Counted from the stretch's first letter, positions 10,395-21,261 are shown. The stretch: 49,937 nucleotides of DNA from Gammaproteobacteria bacterium (GCA_050633765.1 JBOEHC010000057.1:1-49937), one strand, 5' to 3'. Notes: generated by a model from the letters alone, not told the origin. Program-made: numbers and translations.

Positions 10395-10766
10395 TTAATG
10401 CTTTGTAGAAATATAATCTTGCCAAGACTCATGATCATTATCTTCAAATTCAATAATGTTGAATCCTACCTCATAGCTACTTTGGGAAATTCTACTGACC
10501 GATATCACTCTAGTTCGACAACATAGAGTATCCGTCAATCCAGTCGCATTGGTGGTTTTTATTTGGATATCCGCAGTGATATTTGCGCCAGGTGTAACTT
10601 GTATATACCGGTTAAAAATTCTATTTGCAGTGGAGCCCTCACAAATAATTCGCAAACCGCGCAAAGAAACCTCTTTAGAAATGGCGTCAAAGCAATAATC
10701 ATCCATCTCAATTTGAACAGCTAACTTAGCTCGATAACGCGCTATTGTCCTACGCTCTGTTTTCAA
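10395..10766 (-). CDS. Stand-alone PilZ-domain protein (putative c-di-GMP receptor)
   Basis: 123 aa. N-terminal RRTIAR (RxxxR) and EVSLRG (D/NxSxxG-like, with E in the first position). Confidence 0.65.
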   Translation of the reverse strand: MKTERRTIARYRAKLAVQIEMDDYCFDAISKEVSLRGLRIICEGSTANRIFNRYIQVTPGANITADIQIKTTNATGLTDTLCCRTRVISVSRISQSSYEVGFNIIEFEDNDHESWQDYISTKH

Positions 10767-10855
10767 AAATTAGCTCCTAGTTTAGATTTCGCTTCATACC
10801 ACTCAATAAATGCTATGACAAACTATCTAATATGAATTTAGCGATGTCAATTAAG

Positions 10856-12868
<2,013 letters not shown>

Positions 12869-12915
12869 CTATAATTATGCATCACAAACGTTTTAATTCA
12901 GGCACCATACTCAAA

Positions 12916-13034
12916 GAAGTTCTGACTAATCTTGAGACGAGGCAAAATGTCGAGAGGAGCGATATGTATGTATCAATACATGAGCGAATTCGAGGCCATT
13001 TTTCAACGAAGTAATCAGGACAAATCAGAGCTTC
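12916..13034. repeat. Copy C (diverged) of the ~120-bp imperfect-palindrome intergenic repeat family
   Basis: Outer arms GAAGTTCTGA / TCAGAGCTTC. Shares GAGACGAGGC, TACATGAGCGA and CAACGAAGTAATCAGGACAAA with the copies at 36667 and 39645. It fills the zipA|ligA spacer, and its right arm overlaps the zipA stop codon. Confidence 0.6.
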
Positions 13035-13824
13035 AAGCAGGAACAGGTCGAGGATGTCTCAAACTAAATAATTGTATGTCCTCTTGCAAATGCGATGTCA
13101 TTTGCGGACTTAAACGATTTCGAGACTCATCTAACAAATCTCCATTTAAGCGCTCAGATAGTTTCTTAGCGTCTTCTAGCATGATATTGAATGCTCTTAG
13201 ACCGTCTTCTGGGCCAGGTAAACTCAATATAAAACTCAAACCTGGAGTTTCGAAAACATGCATACCATCTGCATCAAATGTTCCCGGCTTAACCATATTA
13301 ACAACACTATATAAAGCTTTCTTACCACTGAAACGCTCAACATTTTTATTGAATACACACATTTCATCCAGCTCTAAATCAAGATCTTTACTGATTTTCA
13401 ATATCGTCTTGCCGTCAAACTTATTTGGTCGACGTGACATCACATGCAAAATAACTAACTTTTCAGCTAACCTTGGTGGCTCTGGATTTTCATCCAGCAA
13501 ACTTGGTTGATGATTAAATTGAGGTTTATCTTTTGGAATCGTTATGCGCGGAATTTCTGCGATATCTTCGCGCACGAGATTACTTAAATCATCACCTAAA
13601 TCATCGACAGCCTCTTCAGTCAATACATTAGAGTCTTGTGTGAGGTCATCTTCCAACTCTAGGGCTCGATCCAACTCTAAAGGATCAGGTAAATCATTCG
13701 TTTCAAAATTAAATTCATCATCTTGGCGCTTAAAATTAGCCCGCTTGGACTTACCAAAGATGTACAACGCCACTATCGCAGCTAATCCAGTTAACAATAA
13801 TGCTATTCGTAGTTCTAATTCCAT
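13033..13824 (-). CDS. zipA: Cell division protein ZipA
   Basis: 263 aa. N-terminal TM anchor, acidic linker and C-terminal FtsZ-binding domain. Conserved smc-zipA-ligA order. Confidence 0.85.
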   Translation of the reverse strand: MELELRIALLLTGLAAIVALYIFGKSKRANFKRQDDEFNFETNDLPDPLELDRALELEDDLTQDSNVLTEEAVDDLGDDLSNLVREDIAEIPRITIPKDKPQFNHQPSLLDENPEPPRLAEKLVILHVMSRRPNKFDGKTILKISKDLDLELDEMCVFNKNVERFSGKKALYSVVNMVKPGTFDADGMHVFETPGLSFILSLPGPEDGLRAFNIMLEDAKKLSERLNGDLLDESRNRLSPQMTSHLQEDIQLFSLRHPRPVPA

Positions 13825-13888
13825 AGGATACGTGCAGACAAACTCTGATTTAACTGACGCAAATTAATAATTTGAGAAAATAAAATAA

Positions 13889-16800
13889 CTAGACCGCGAC
13901 CATCTCAGCTGCAGCATCAACATCAACAGAAACAATTCGAGATACACCTGGCTCATGCATAGTAATTCCTAACAATTGGTTAGCATACTCCATCGTATTT
14001 TTATTGTGCGTGATATAAATAAATTGGACCCGATCGCTCATATCTTTTAATAAATCACAAAAACGAGTGACATTCGCATCATCCAGTGGTGCGTCCACCT
14101 CATCCAGTAGACAGAATGGAGCGGGATTAAGTTCAAACAAGGAGAATACCAACGCCACTGCAGTAAGCGCTTTCTCTCCACCTGACATAAGCTGAATAGA
14201 TGACAGTCTTTTTCCAGGGGGGCGCGCCATAATAGCCACTCCTGTGGTGAGCAGATCATCCCCAGTCATTTCAAGAAAGGCTTTTCCACCACCAAATAAT
14301 CGTGGATACATCGCTTGCAAATGACTATTTACATTCTCAAATATATCTTTGAAACGATCCTTAGTTTCTTTATCAATTTTGCGAATTGCGTCTTCCAACG
14401 TTTCTAATGCGTTAGTGAGGTCTTCATGCTGTTTGTCTAAATATTCTTTGCGCTCATTATGCTCTTCAAACTCACCAATAGCTGCTAAGTTAATTGGACC
14501 CAAACGATTAATTTTACGTTCTAAAGATTGGGCAGTTTCTTCCCACTTATCTAACGTTGCATCTGCATCTAAAGTTTCTAACACAGCTTCTGGTGCGACA
14601 TCATATTCATGCAACTGTTCTTGAACTGTTTTACTTCTTACGTTGGACTCCTGCCACGCAAGCTGTAATTCATTTAATTCATTTCTAAGTTGCTCAAGAC
14701 TACGTTGTTTTTCAACGTTATGCTCTTGCCTACTACGCACTAATTCTTCAGTCTTCTGCGCCACCATGCGTGCTTCTGACAAACTATGTTCAAGCTTAAC
14801 GCGCTGATCAACATACTCTTTCAAGCTTTCATTCAACTCAGTTAGTGGCTCACTTCCATCTTTAATGGATAACCGCAATGACTCTTCGCGCTGCTTAAGT
14901 TGCTCAGACTGCTCTCTCATGCGCTCAAGAGACACATGGGTAGCATTGAGCGAGCTTTTACATGATTCTAAATCCAGCGCTAAACGATGTGCAGACTCAC
15001 GGCGCTCTACTTCATCGCTACGCACACCATCTAGATGAAACACTGCGCTATCGCGCTGTTCAAGTAAGCTCTTGCGTTGGACATCCAGTATCTCTAAAGC
15101 TGAATCAGCATGTTGTTTAGAATCACGAGACTCCACCAACTCTTCTTCCGACTGCTTGATCTGCCGATTCACATCTTCCAAGTAATCACGCAACTGCTCT
15201 TCTTGACGCTCTACATGTTCTTTTTCACTTTCCCAGCCAGACATTTCTGCCTCAGCCTGTGCATGAACTTTTTGCGCATTAGATAAGCTGGCCTGTACGG
15301 TGTCACGCTGTTTTTCATTTTCATACAATTCAGATTGACATGTTTCCAAATCTGCAACCATTTTAATAATTGTTTCTTGCTGAGCTTGCACTTCCTTCTC
15401 TAGATTTAGAATCTCATTTTTGCGTTGCAAAACATTACCTTTGTTTGCTGCAATTCTAGAAACACGCAACCAACCTTGTCCTAGCCACACTCCATCTCTT
15501 GTTATCACAGACTGGCCTGCTTCTAATGATTGGCTCTTCTGTAATGCTGCTTGAATATCATTTGCTACTAATACATTGCCTAGTTTATCGGATAGATCTA
15601 CTGGAGCTTTTACTTTAGACACCAAGGTACCGCTGCTCTCCTGGCCCGAAGAAGTAGCACTTTTACCCAACACCATCATTCGGCCTGTTTTAATATCTTT
15701 AACCGAACTTGCTATTTGACCAATCTCATCCACGCAAACCGCTTCTAGATAATCACCTAGCACAGTCTCTACTGCGGCTTCCCATCCAGATTCAGTTTTT
15801 AATTTGTCCATCAAACGCGGAGCTTTGCTTAAACCACGCTGATCCAACCACCGACTCACATCTTTACCTTCCTCACCTAACACTACTCGCTGCAGTGCAT
15901 GCAAAGAAGCTAATTCAGTTTGTTTTGTTTGCAATTCTTCACGTGCTTTCTCTAATTGCACGCCCATTGATTGACTCGTGTCACGTCCAGTACTAATAAG
16001 CTTGGTCAATTCGACAATCTTTGGAGATATCGCTTGTAAGGCAGTACTTGTTTCATCAACACGTGACGCAAAATTCTCAGACTGCTTAGAAGTTTTATGC
16101 TGACTAAATTGATGCAAATCTTCGAGTAATTTATCTTTTCGGTCTGCTAGTTGCTCTAGGTGGCTTTCAAGATATTCAATTCGAGAAGCTTCAATTTCAA
16201 TAACCTGTGAAGGTTCAGCAATTTTTTCACTTAATACTTCCCAAGCATCTTGCCACTTCGCCATTTTAGATTCTGCTTCACCCAACTTCTCTGTATTAGT
16301 ATCAAGCTCATTTCGTGCTGAATTCAAATTCGGCTCAATTTCAGCTATTTTCTTTTCCAACTCGGTAGCTTTGGCTTGCTCATCTAACAAGCTCTTTTCT
16401 GATTGCGTCCAAGCTTCTTGAACTTGATTAAGCTCTTCATCGTAACGGCTATTGAGCTCTTGAACATGGCTAATCGATTGTTCAATGCGCGATATTTCAC
16501 CGCCTAACTTATAATAATCTCCCTGAACTGTATTAAATTGCTCTGTCTCATCTGCGTGTTGTTGACGTAATTTTTCTATTTCCGCTTCAATCTCGCGAAT
16601 ATCTGCCACTACTTTCTGGCTTTCTGTCTCTTTGTGTTCCATCGCATCCTTACGCTCTTGCACTTCTTCCTGATGCGATTGCCAACGCAAGGCTAATAAT
16701 TCAGTTTTTACTTGTCGCTCTTCCGCTTTTAAAGTTTTATATCGCTCTGCTGCTTTAGCCTGCCTTTTTAAATGCTCAATACGCTTAGTAATCTCTTCAA

Positions 16801-17389
16801 TCACATCATTTAAGCGATCTAAATTTTCACGTGTGTGACGTATTCGGTTTTCCGTTTCACGACGACGCTCTTTGTATTTAGATATACCTGCAGCTTCTTC
16901 TAGATACACACGCAGCTCATCTGGCTTGGCATCGATTAATCTAGATATCATGCCCTGCTCAATAATCGCGTAACTTTTTGGCCCTAAACCTGTGCCTAAA
17001 AATAATTGCACAATATCTTTGCGTCTACACTTGGTGCCGTTTAAAAAATATTTTGAAGTGCCATCACGAGTGACTTGTCTGCGTACTGCAATCTCAGCAA
17101 AAGAGGAATACTCACCTCCTAACTTGCCATCACTATTATCAAACACCAATTCAATAGATGCCTGACTAATTGGTTTACGTGTTGAAGAACCGTTAAAGAT
17201 GACATCTTCCATGGTGTCGCCACGGATGTGCTTAGAGCTTTCACCCATTACCCAACGCACGGCATCAATAATGTTAGATTTACCGCAGCCATTTGGACCC
17301 ACGATACCAACCATGGATGTAGGAAAATTCAGAGTTGTCGGGTCTACAAAGGACTTAAACCCGGCCATTTTAATAGATGTAAGACGCAT
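13889..17389 (-). CDS. smc: Chromosome partition protein Smc
   Basis: 1166 aa. N-terminal Walker [10 protein letters not shown], long coiled coils, a hinge, and C-terminal LSGGEK signature plus Walker [11 protein letters not shown]. Confidence 0.95.
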   Translation of the reverse strand: MRLTSIKMAGFKSFVDPTTLNFPTSMVGIVGPNGCGKSNIIDAVRWVMGESSKHIRGDTMEDVIFNGSSTRKPISQASIELVFDNSDGKLGGEYSSFAEIAVRRQVTRDGTSKYFLNGTKCRRKDIVQLFLGTGLGPKSYAIIEQGMISRLIDAKPDELRVYLEEAAGISKYKERRRETENRIRHTRENLDRLNDVIEEITKRIEHLKRQAKAAERYKTLKAEERQVKTELLALRWQSHQEEVQERKDAMEHKETESQKVVADIREIEAEIEKLRQQHADETEQFNTVQGDYYKLGGEISRIEQSISHVQELNSRYDEELNQVQEAWTQSEKSLLDEQAKATELEKKIAEIEPNLNSARNELDTNTEKLGEAESKMAKWQDAWEVLSEKIAEPSQVIEIEASRIEYLESHLEQLADRKDKLLEDLHQFSQHKTSKQSENFASRVDETSTALQAISPKIVELTKLISTGRDTSQSMGVQLEKAREELQTKQTELASLHALQRVVLGEEGKDVSRWLDQRGLSKAPRLMDKLKTESGWEAAVETVLGDYLEAVCVDEIGQIASSVKDIKTGRMMVLGKSATSSGQESSGTLVSKVKAPVDLSDKLGNVLVANDIQAALQKSQSLEAGQSVITRDGVWLGQGWLRVSRIAANKGNVLQRKNEILNLEKEVQAQQETIIKMVADLETCQSELYENEKQRDTVQASLSNAQKVHAQAEAEMSGWESEKEHVERQEEQLRDYLEDVNRQIKQSEEELVESRDSKQHADSALEILDVQRKSLLEQRDSAVFHLDGVRSDEVERRESAHRLALDLESCKSSLNATHVSLERMREQSEQLKQREESLRLSIKDGSEPLTELNESLKEYVDQRVKLEHSLSEARMVAQKTEELVRSRQEHNVEKQRSLEQLRNELNELQLAWQESNVRSKTVQEQLHEYDVAPEAVLETLDADATLDKWEETAQSLERKINRLGPINLAAIGEFEEHNERKEYLDKQHEDLTNALETLEDAIRKIDKETKDRFKDIFENVNSHLQAMYPRLFGGGKAFLEMTGDDLLTTGVAIMARPPGKRLSSIQLMSGGEKALTAVALVFSLFELNPAPFCLLDEVDAPLDDANVTRFCDLLKDMSDRVQFIYITHNKNTMEYANQLLGITMHEPGVSRIVSVDVDAAAEMVAV

Positions 17390-17451
17390 TGATTATTTCG
17401 CCAATTATTTCGCTAGAATATATATATTATAAGAATGAGACCAAACTCCTA

Positions 17452-17850
17452 ATGACGAACTTTCACACACAACATTTAGATACATTTGAAAACCCGCAGT
17501 TAGAAACTGACTACACCATACGCATTCGCATTCCTGAATTTACTTGCTTGTGTCCTCTCACAGGGCAACCTGACTTTGCCAAATTTTTAATTGAATATGT
17601 GCCCGACACTCTATGTGTAGAGTTGAAAGCACTCAAATTGTATCTGTCATCTTTTAGAGACAAAGGAGTTTTTCACGAAGCAATAACTAATGAAATTCTA
17701 AGCGATATTACGACATTGCTAAAGCCCCGATTTATGCGAATTACTGCCGACTTTAACGTCCGTGGAGGTATCTACACACATGTTATTGTCGAACATCGAA
17801 AACAAGATTGGCAGTCAGCACCTCTTGTTGAACTTCCTAATCCACTTTAA
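17452..17850 (+). CDS. queF: NADPH-dependent 7-cyano-7-deazaguanine reductase, unimodular (type I, YkvM-like)
   Basis: The ORF track starts at 17389, but the first ATG (17452) gives 132 aa beginning MTNFHTQ. The catalytic motif [15 protein letters not shown] and the E(S/L)K.LK.Y motif are present. Confidence 0.85.
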   Translation: MTNFHTQHLDTFENPQLETDYTIRIRIPEFTCLCPLTGQPDFAKFLIEYVPDTLCVELKALKLYLSSFRDKGVFHEAITNEILSDITTLLKPRFMRITADFNVRGGIYTHVIVEHRKQDWQSAPLVELPNPL

Positions 17851-17890
17851 CTACTGTTAACAAACAACCGATATATAAAGAGCTCTTAAA

Positions 17891-18646
17891 ATGATTTCCC
17901 AAATACTTAAAGGGATTTCTCATGTGCGAAATGGCTTCCGTTTAATCACTTTACGAGGCGTAAAGCGCTATGTAGTCATTCCTGTTTTAATAAATTTTAT
18001 TTTATTTACTGCGGCCATTTGGTATGGATATGTACAATTTGACACCTTATTAGAACAATTTTTACCCACTTGGTTGGAGTGGTTAGAGTTCCTCATTTGG
18101 CCACTGTTTATTATTGCTTGCTTATTAGTCGTATTTTTTGCCTTCACCATTGTGGCTAACGTGTTTGGCGCACCCTTCAATGGCGTGTTATCAGAAAAAA
18201 TCGAACAACAAATCAGCAATGAAAAAATCAATCCAAGTGACGACAGAAATCAAGGGTATCTAGTGTTATTACGCGGTGCCCGAATCGGCATCAGCAATGA
18301 AATTCGCAAACTCTTTTACATTGCCATTCGCGCCATTCCACTATTGCTGCTTTTCATCATTCCAGGAATCAATATATTTGCTCCTTTCATTTGGTTTTTA
18401 TTTGGTGCATGGATGTTTGCGATTGAGTATTTAGATTATCCAATGGGCAATCGCAATATGACATTCAAACAACAATTAGCATTAATAAAACAAAACCGAT
18501 TTGTTTGTTTAGGCATGGGAATGGGTATTATGTTAATGACCATTATTCCAGGACTTAACTTTTTTGCCATGCCAGTGGGTGTTGCAGCTGCAACCTCTCT
18601 TTGGACTCAACAGTTAAAACAAAATGCACCTGCACTAGAAAATTAA
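17891..18646 (+). CDS. cysZ: Sulfate transporter CysZ
   Basis: 251 aa. Aligns along its length with E. coli CysZ, including APFNG.L.E and W.FA..Y.DYP. Confidence 0.8.
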   Translation: MISQILKGISHVRNGFRLITLRGVKRYVVIPVLINFILFTAAIWYGYVQFDTLLEQFLPTWLEWLEFLIWPLFIIACLLVVFFAFTIVANVFGAPFNGVLSEKIEQQISNEKINPSDDRNQGYLVLLRGARIGISNEIRKLFYIAIRAIPLLLLFIIPGINIFAPFIWFLFGAWMFAIEYLDYPMGNRNMTFKQQLALIKQNRFVCLGMGMGIMLMTIIPGLNFFAMPVGVAAATSLWTQQLKQNAPALEN

Positions 18647-18908
18647 AAGTGCTAATAATGTAAAGTAAATATTTTCTTAACATTACTTAACATAAATATG
18701 CATTCAACTAGCTTATCAACTTTACTTATTAGGGAACTTACTAAAACTTTATCACTCTAAATAACACTGCAATTGCATACCACCTTTGATTAAGTGGATT
18801 CACGCCATTAATCAATGTGCACGATTCTTTTATATAAGCAGCATGTTATATAAAAAACGATCGTTCAAGATTTAATTCTTCAAATGGACTTAATTTGGGA
18901 GAATGGAT

Positions 18909-19118
18909 ATGCAAGACGAATTACTCTTGGCAAGAGCCAGAAAACAAGCCAACAAAATGGTTTCTTATTTCATGAGCCAACCAAACGGCTTATGGCATCT
19001 CATCGCAACCATTTCAAAATTACCTCGTTACGAAGGCGCCTACGAAGAAGAACTACGCAAAGAACTTTGTGAAAAAGCTTCATCCTTGTATCGACACTCA
19101 ACACTAGAACTTAATTAA
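18909..19118 (+). CDS. Orphan small protein, unknown function
   Basis: The ORF track gives 18903..19118. GGGAG lies 7 nt upstream of the second ATG (18909). No recognisable motif, and coding status is unproven. Confidence 0.35.
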   Translation: MQDELLLARARKQANKMVSYFMSQPNGLWHLIATISKLPRYEGAYEEELRKELCEKASSLYRHSTLELN

Positions 19119-19233
19119 TTGAGCGCATGTACGGCCGTCAAGGTTGATGATAGTACAGAAATTGCAAGAAAAATTACTACCGACCAATTGGTAAGTACAT
19201 GGATGTTGCTTCAGATTAAAGTAAGGCTATTTT

Positions 19234-19266
19234 GAAATGTCTGCTTCCGGCCAATAGCGGACATTC
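19234..19266. repeat. REP-like hairpin element R1
   Basis: GAAATGTCTGCTTCCGGCCAATAGCGGACATTC. Stem AATGTCTGC/GCGGACATT with a 12-nt loop. Matches R2 at 26 of 31 aligned positions. Confidence 0.65.
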
Positions 19267-19303
19267 TTATTTTTAAACTCAACAATAATCTAGATGTGTA
19301 TTT

Positions 19304-19639
19304 CTAAGAGACATCATTCTGCAATGAGTCAATTTGATCTAATATTGCTACAAATTTTTTGCCAAAATCAGTCAACTTATATTCAACTCTAGGTGGTACT
19401 TCTGGATGAACTTTTTTGACTAATATTCCATATCGCATCATTTTTATAAATCGCTCATTCAAAACTTTAGTGGAAATTCCCTCAATTGATCTTTGTATTT
19501 CACCGGGTCTTTGCAGTTCATTTCTAATGGCTTTAAGAACGGATAAAGACCATTTGCACCCAACAATATCTTCCACCATGCGAGAAACTGGAAATTTTTG
19601 AGTTTTATTTTCCTTTAGCTTTTCCATAATTTGTACCAA
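19304..19639 (-). CDS. HxlR-family winged-helix transcriptional regulator
   Basis: 111 aa. CKWSL.VL, RPGE..R.I.GIS.K.L.E and PPRVEYKLT are HxlR hallmarks. A TTG start at 19639 has a GGAAAGGTAGG SD-like stretch; the alternative ATG is at 19627. Confidence 0.85.
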   Translation of the reverse strand: MVQIMEKLKENKTQKFPVSRMVEDIVGCKWSLSVLKAIRNELQRPGEIQRSIEGISTKVLNERFIKMMRYGILVKKVHPEVPPRVEYKLTDFGKKFVAILDQIDSLQNDVS

Positions 19640-19670
19640 TTAGTACCTACCTTTCCAAATAGTACGTACT
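19633..19670. promoter_or_regulatory. GTAC-rich palindromes in the hxlR / P460 divergent spacer (candidate HxlR operators)
   Basis: GTACCAATTAGTAC (19633-19646, 12/14 palindromic) and the perfect 10-bp palindrome AGTACGTACT (19661-19670). Confidence 0.4.
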
Positions 19671-19725
19671 TGTTTGCAACTCTAATTCTACATATTTTAT
19701 ATCAAAGTAAAAAAAGGAGATAGCC

Positions 19726-20217
19726 ATGCATACAGTAGCAAAAAGTACATTAGCTATAGTAGTAATTACACTAATTTTAGGCATCATTGCACAAGCGTCA
19801 GGCTCATTAATTGAATATCCTACGGACTACCGAAATTGGACACATATAAAAAGCATGATTATTCAAGAGGGGCACCCATTGCATGCATCATTTGGAGGAA
19901 TCCATCATATATATGCAAATAATAAGGCCCTACAAGGTTATCAGTCTGGTAAATTTCCAGATGGTTCTACCATTATTTTTGATTTATTAGAATCAGTTGA
20001 ATCTGATAATTCAATTACGGAAAGCAAACGTAAGGTACTTGGAGTAATGCAAAAAAACGCACAAAAATTTACGAATACCGCAGGATGGGGCTTTGAAGGA
20101 TTTGGTGCGGGAGATCCTGAAAGTAGAGTTGTTGGAGCTGACTATGAAGCTGCTTGTTTTTCTTGCCATATCTCACAAAAAGAAAATGATTACGTTTTTA
20201 GTAAATGGAGAGAATGA
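19726..20217 (+). CDS. Cytochrome P460-family protein (periplasmic, c-type haem)
   Basis: 163 aa. Signal-like N-terminus, a single C-terminal haem motif CFSCH, and Y..W......HP....GG.H.IY.N typical of the P460 fold. AGGAG SD lies 6 nt upstream. Confidence 0.75.
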   Translation: MHTVAKSTLAIVVITLILGIIAQASGSLIEYPTDYRNWTHIKSMIIQEGHPLHASFGGIHHIYANNKALQGYQSGKFPDGSTIIFDLLESVESDNSITESKRKVLGVMQKNAQKFTNTAGWGFEGFGAGDPESRVVGADYEAACFSCHISQKENDYVFSKWRE

Positions 20218-20253
20218 TAACTATACGAGCAATTGGGTCTTGATGTAGATCAT

Positions 20254-20285
20254 GAATGTCCGCTTACGGCCAATAGAGGACGTCC
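20254..20285. repeat. REP-like hairpin element R2
   Basis: GAATGTCCGCTTACGGCCAATAGAGGACGTCC lies between the P460 stop and the CDF start. Same orientation as R1. Confidence 0.65.
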
Positions 20286-20322
20286 GTAGACTTTTGATGG
20301 ATAATATATTACTCCTCCAAGC

Positions 20323-20958
20323 ATGGAATCTAAATGTGTGAGTGATAGTTGTTGCCAAAAGCATATTGACGTTGCTGTTCTGAACGTGAAGCAACGTCGT
20401 ATTTTGATTATTGTCCTTGTGGTCAATATAGCAACCTTCCTGATGATGGTTTTTGCAGCAAAAATCAGTGGCTCTTCATCCTTGTTGTCAGGCGCATTGG
20501 ACAATTTCGGTGATGCAATGACATACATTTTAAGTTTGTTTGTTGTTGGCGCAAGTCTCGCTTCAAAAGCGCGCGTTGCGATGTTTAAAGGTTTGCTGAT
20601 CTTTGGTGCTGCCATTGTTGTGACATTTGTGATTGGCTTGAGAATTTTACATCCCGAAACGCCTGTATTTGAAACTATGGGTATTGCTGCGTTCATTAAC
20701 TTAGCTGCTAATCTACTATGCCTTTGGTTATTAACACCATATAAGAATAGTGATGTGAACATGTCCTCTGCGTGGGAATGCTCACGCAATGATGTAAGTG
20801 AAGGGCTTGCGGTAATTGCAGCGGCATTCGCAGTTTGGATGTTTGGGTCGGGCTGGCCTGATTTACTTATTGCATTCGGACTGTTAATTCTGTTTTTGTG
20901 GTCAGCCATACGAGTAATTCGTGGAGCATGGAAAGAGCTTCATCCAACTACAATGTAG
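20323..20958 (+). CDS. Cation diffusion facilitator-type transporter, membrane domain only
   Basis: 211 aa with six predicted TM segments. TM2 carries DNFGD (DxxxD) and TM5 carries CSRND (CxxxD). The N-terminal CVSDSCCQKH is Cys-rich. There is no cytoplasmic C-terminal domain. Confidence 0.7.
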   Translation: MESKCVSDSCCQKHIDVAVLNVKQRRILIIVLVVNIATFLMMVFAAKISGSSSLLSGALDNFGDAMTYILSLFVVGASLASKARVAMFKGLLIFGAAIVVTFVIGLRILHPETPVFETMGIAAFINLAANLLCLWLLTPYKNSDVNMSSAWECSRNDVSEGLAVIAAAFAVWMFGSGWPDLLIAFGLLILFLWSAIRVIRGAWKELHPTTM

Positions 20959-20967
20959 AAATATATA

Positions 20968-20998
20968 AATGTCCGTTTTGGGTCATAAACAGTCATTC
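20968..20998. repeat. REP-like hairpin element R3 (diverged)
   Basis: AATGTCCGTTTTGGGTCATAAACAGTCATTC. It has the same AATGTCCG...loop...CATT architecture and matches R2 at 19 of 31 positions. Confidence 0.45.
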
Positions 20999-21023
20999 CC
21001 GTGCATACTGAATGGGCAACTTG

Positions 21024-21215
21024 TTAGCTTCCAATTCGAGTGGCAGCCATCTTGGATATCCTTCTTTGAAGTTCTTTCTCAAGGGTATTTTTTGCATAGG
21101 GTTTCATCACCTTCCATTTTTGACATTCTTGTTGTGTTCGACCGCAACCCAAGCACCATCCTTTCGGCCCAGCGAACTCACAAACATCAATACATGGACT
21201 TTTTTGCCGTTTCAC
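21024..21215 (-). CDS. DUF1289-family small Cys-rich protein
   Basis: 63 aa. SPCIDVC......GWCLGCGRT..E matches the DUF1289 signature. The overlapping plus-strand ORFs have no motifs. Confidence 0.7.
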   Translation of the reverse strand: MKRQKSPCIDVCEFAGPKGWCLGCGRTQQECQKWKVMKPYAKNTLEKELQRRISKMAATRIGS

Positions 21216-21261
21216 AATTTAAACTTTGTATACAAACTCTATTTTTCTTAACAATACCAGA

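Noticed and set aside
12932-13510. A 192-aa plus-strand ORF opposite zipA
   Set aside because: It starts inside palindromic repeat copy C and runs antisense to a well-supported zipA. Its composition is Ser/Leu-rich and typical of antisense frames.
17390-17451. A preQ1 riboswitch upstream of queF
   Set aside because: The spacer is too short and AT-rich. No P1 stem followed by a C-rich loop and an AAAAAACTA-type tail could be found.
20250-20909. A 219-aa minus-strand ORF covering the same DNA as the CDF transporter
   Set aside because: It is antisense to an ORF with clear CDF motifs and six TM segments. It has no motifs of its own, and its C-terminus (GRPLLAVSGHS) is just the translated REP-like element R2.
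19234-21000. An integron-like cassette array, with short imperfect palindromes after each small gene
   Set aside because: The elements are only about 31 nt long and lack RYYYAAC/GTTRRRY core sites. hxlR is in the opposite orientation to the other genes, and no intI integrase or attI site is present in the window. REP-like elements are the simpler explanation.
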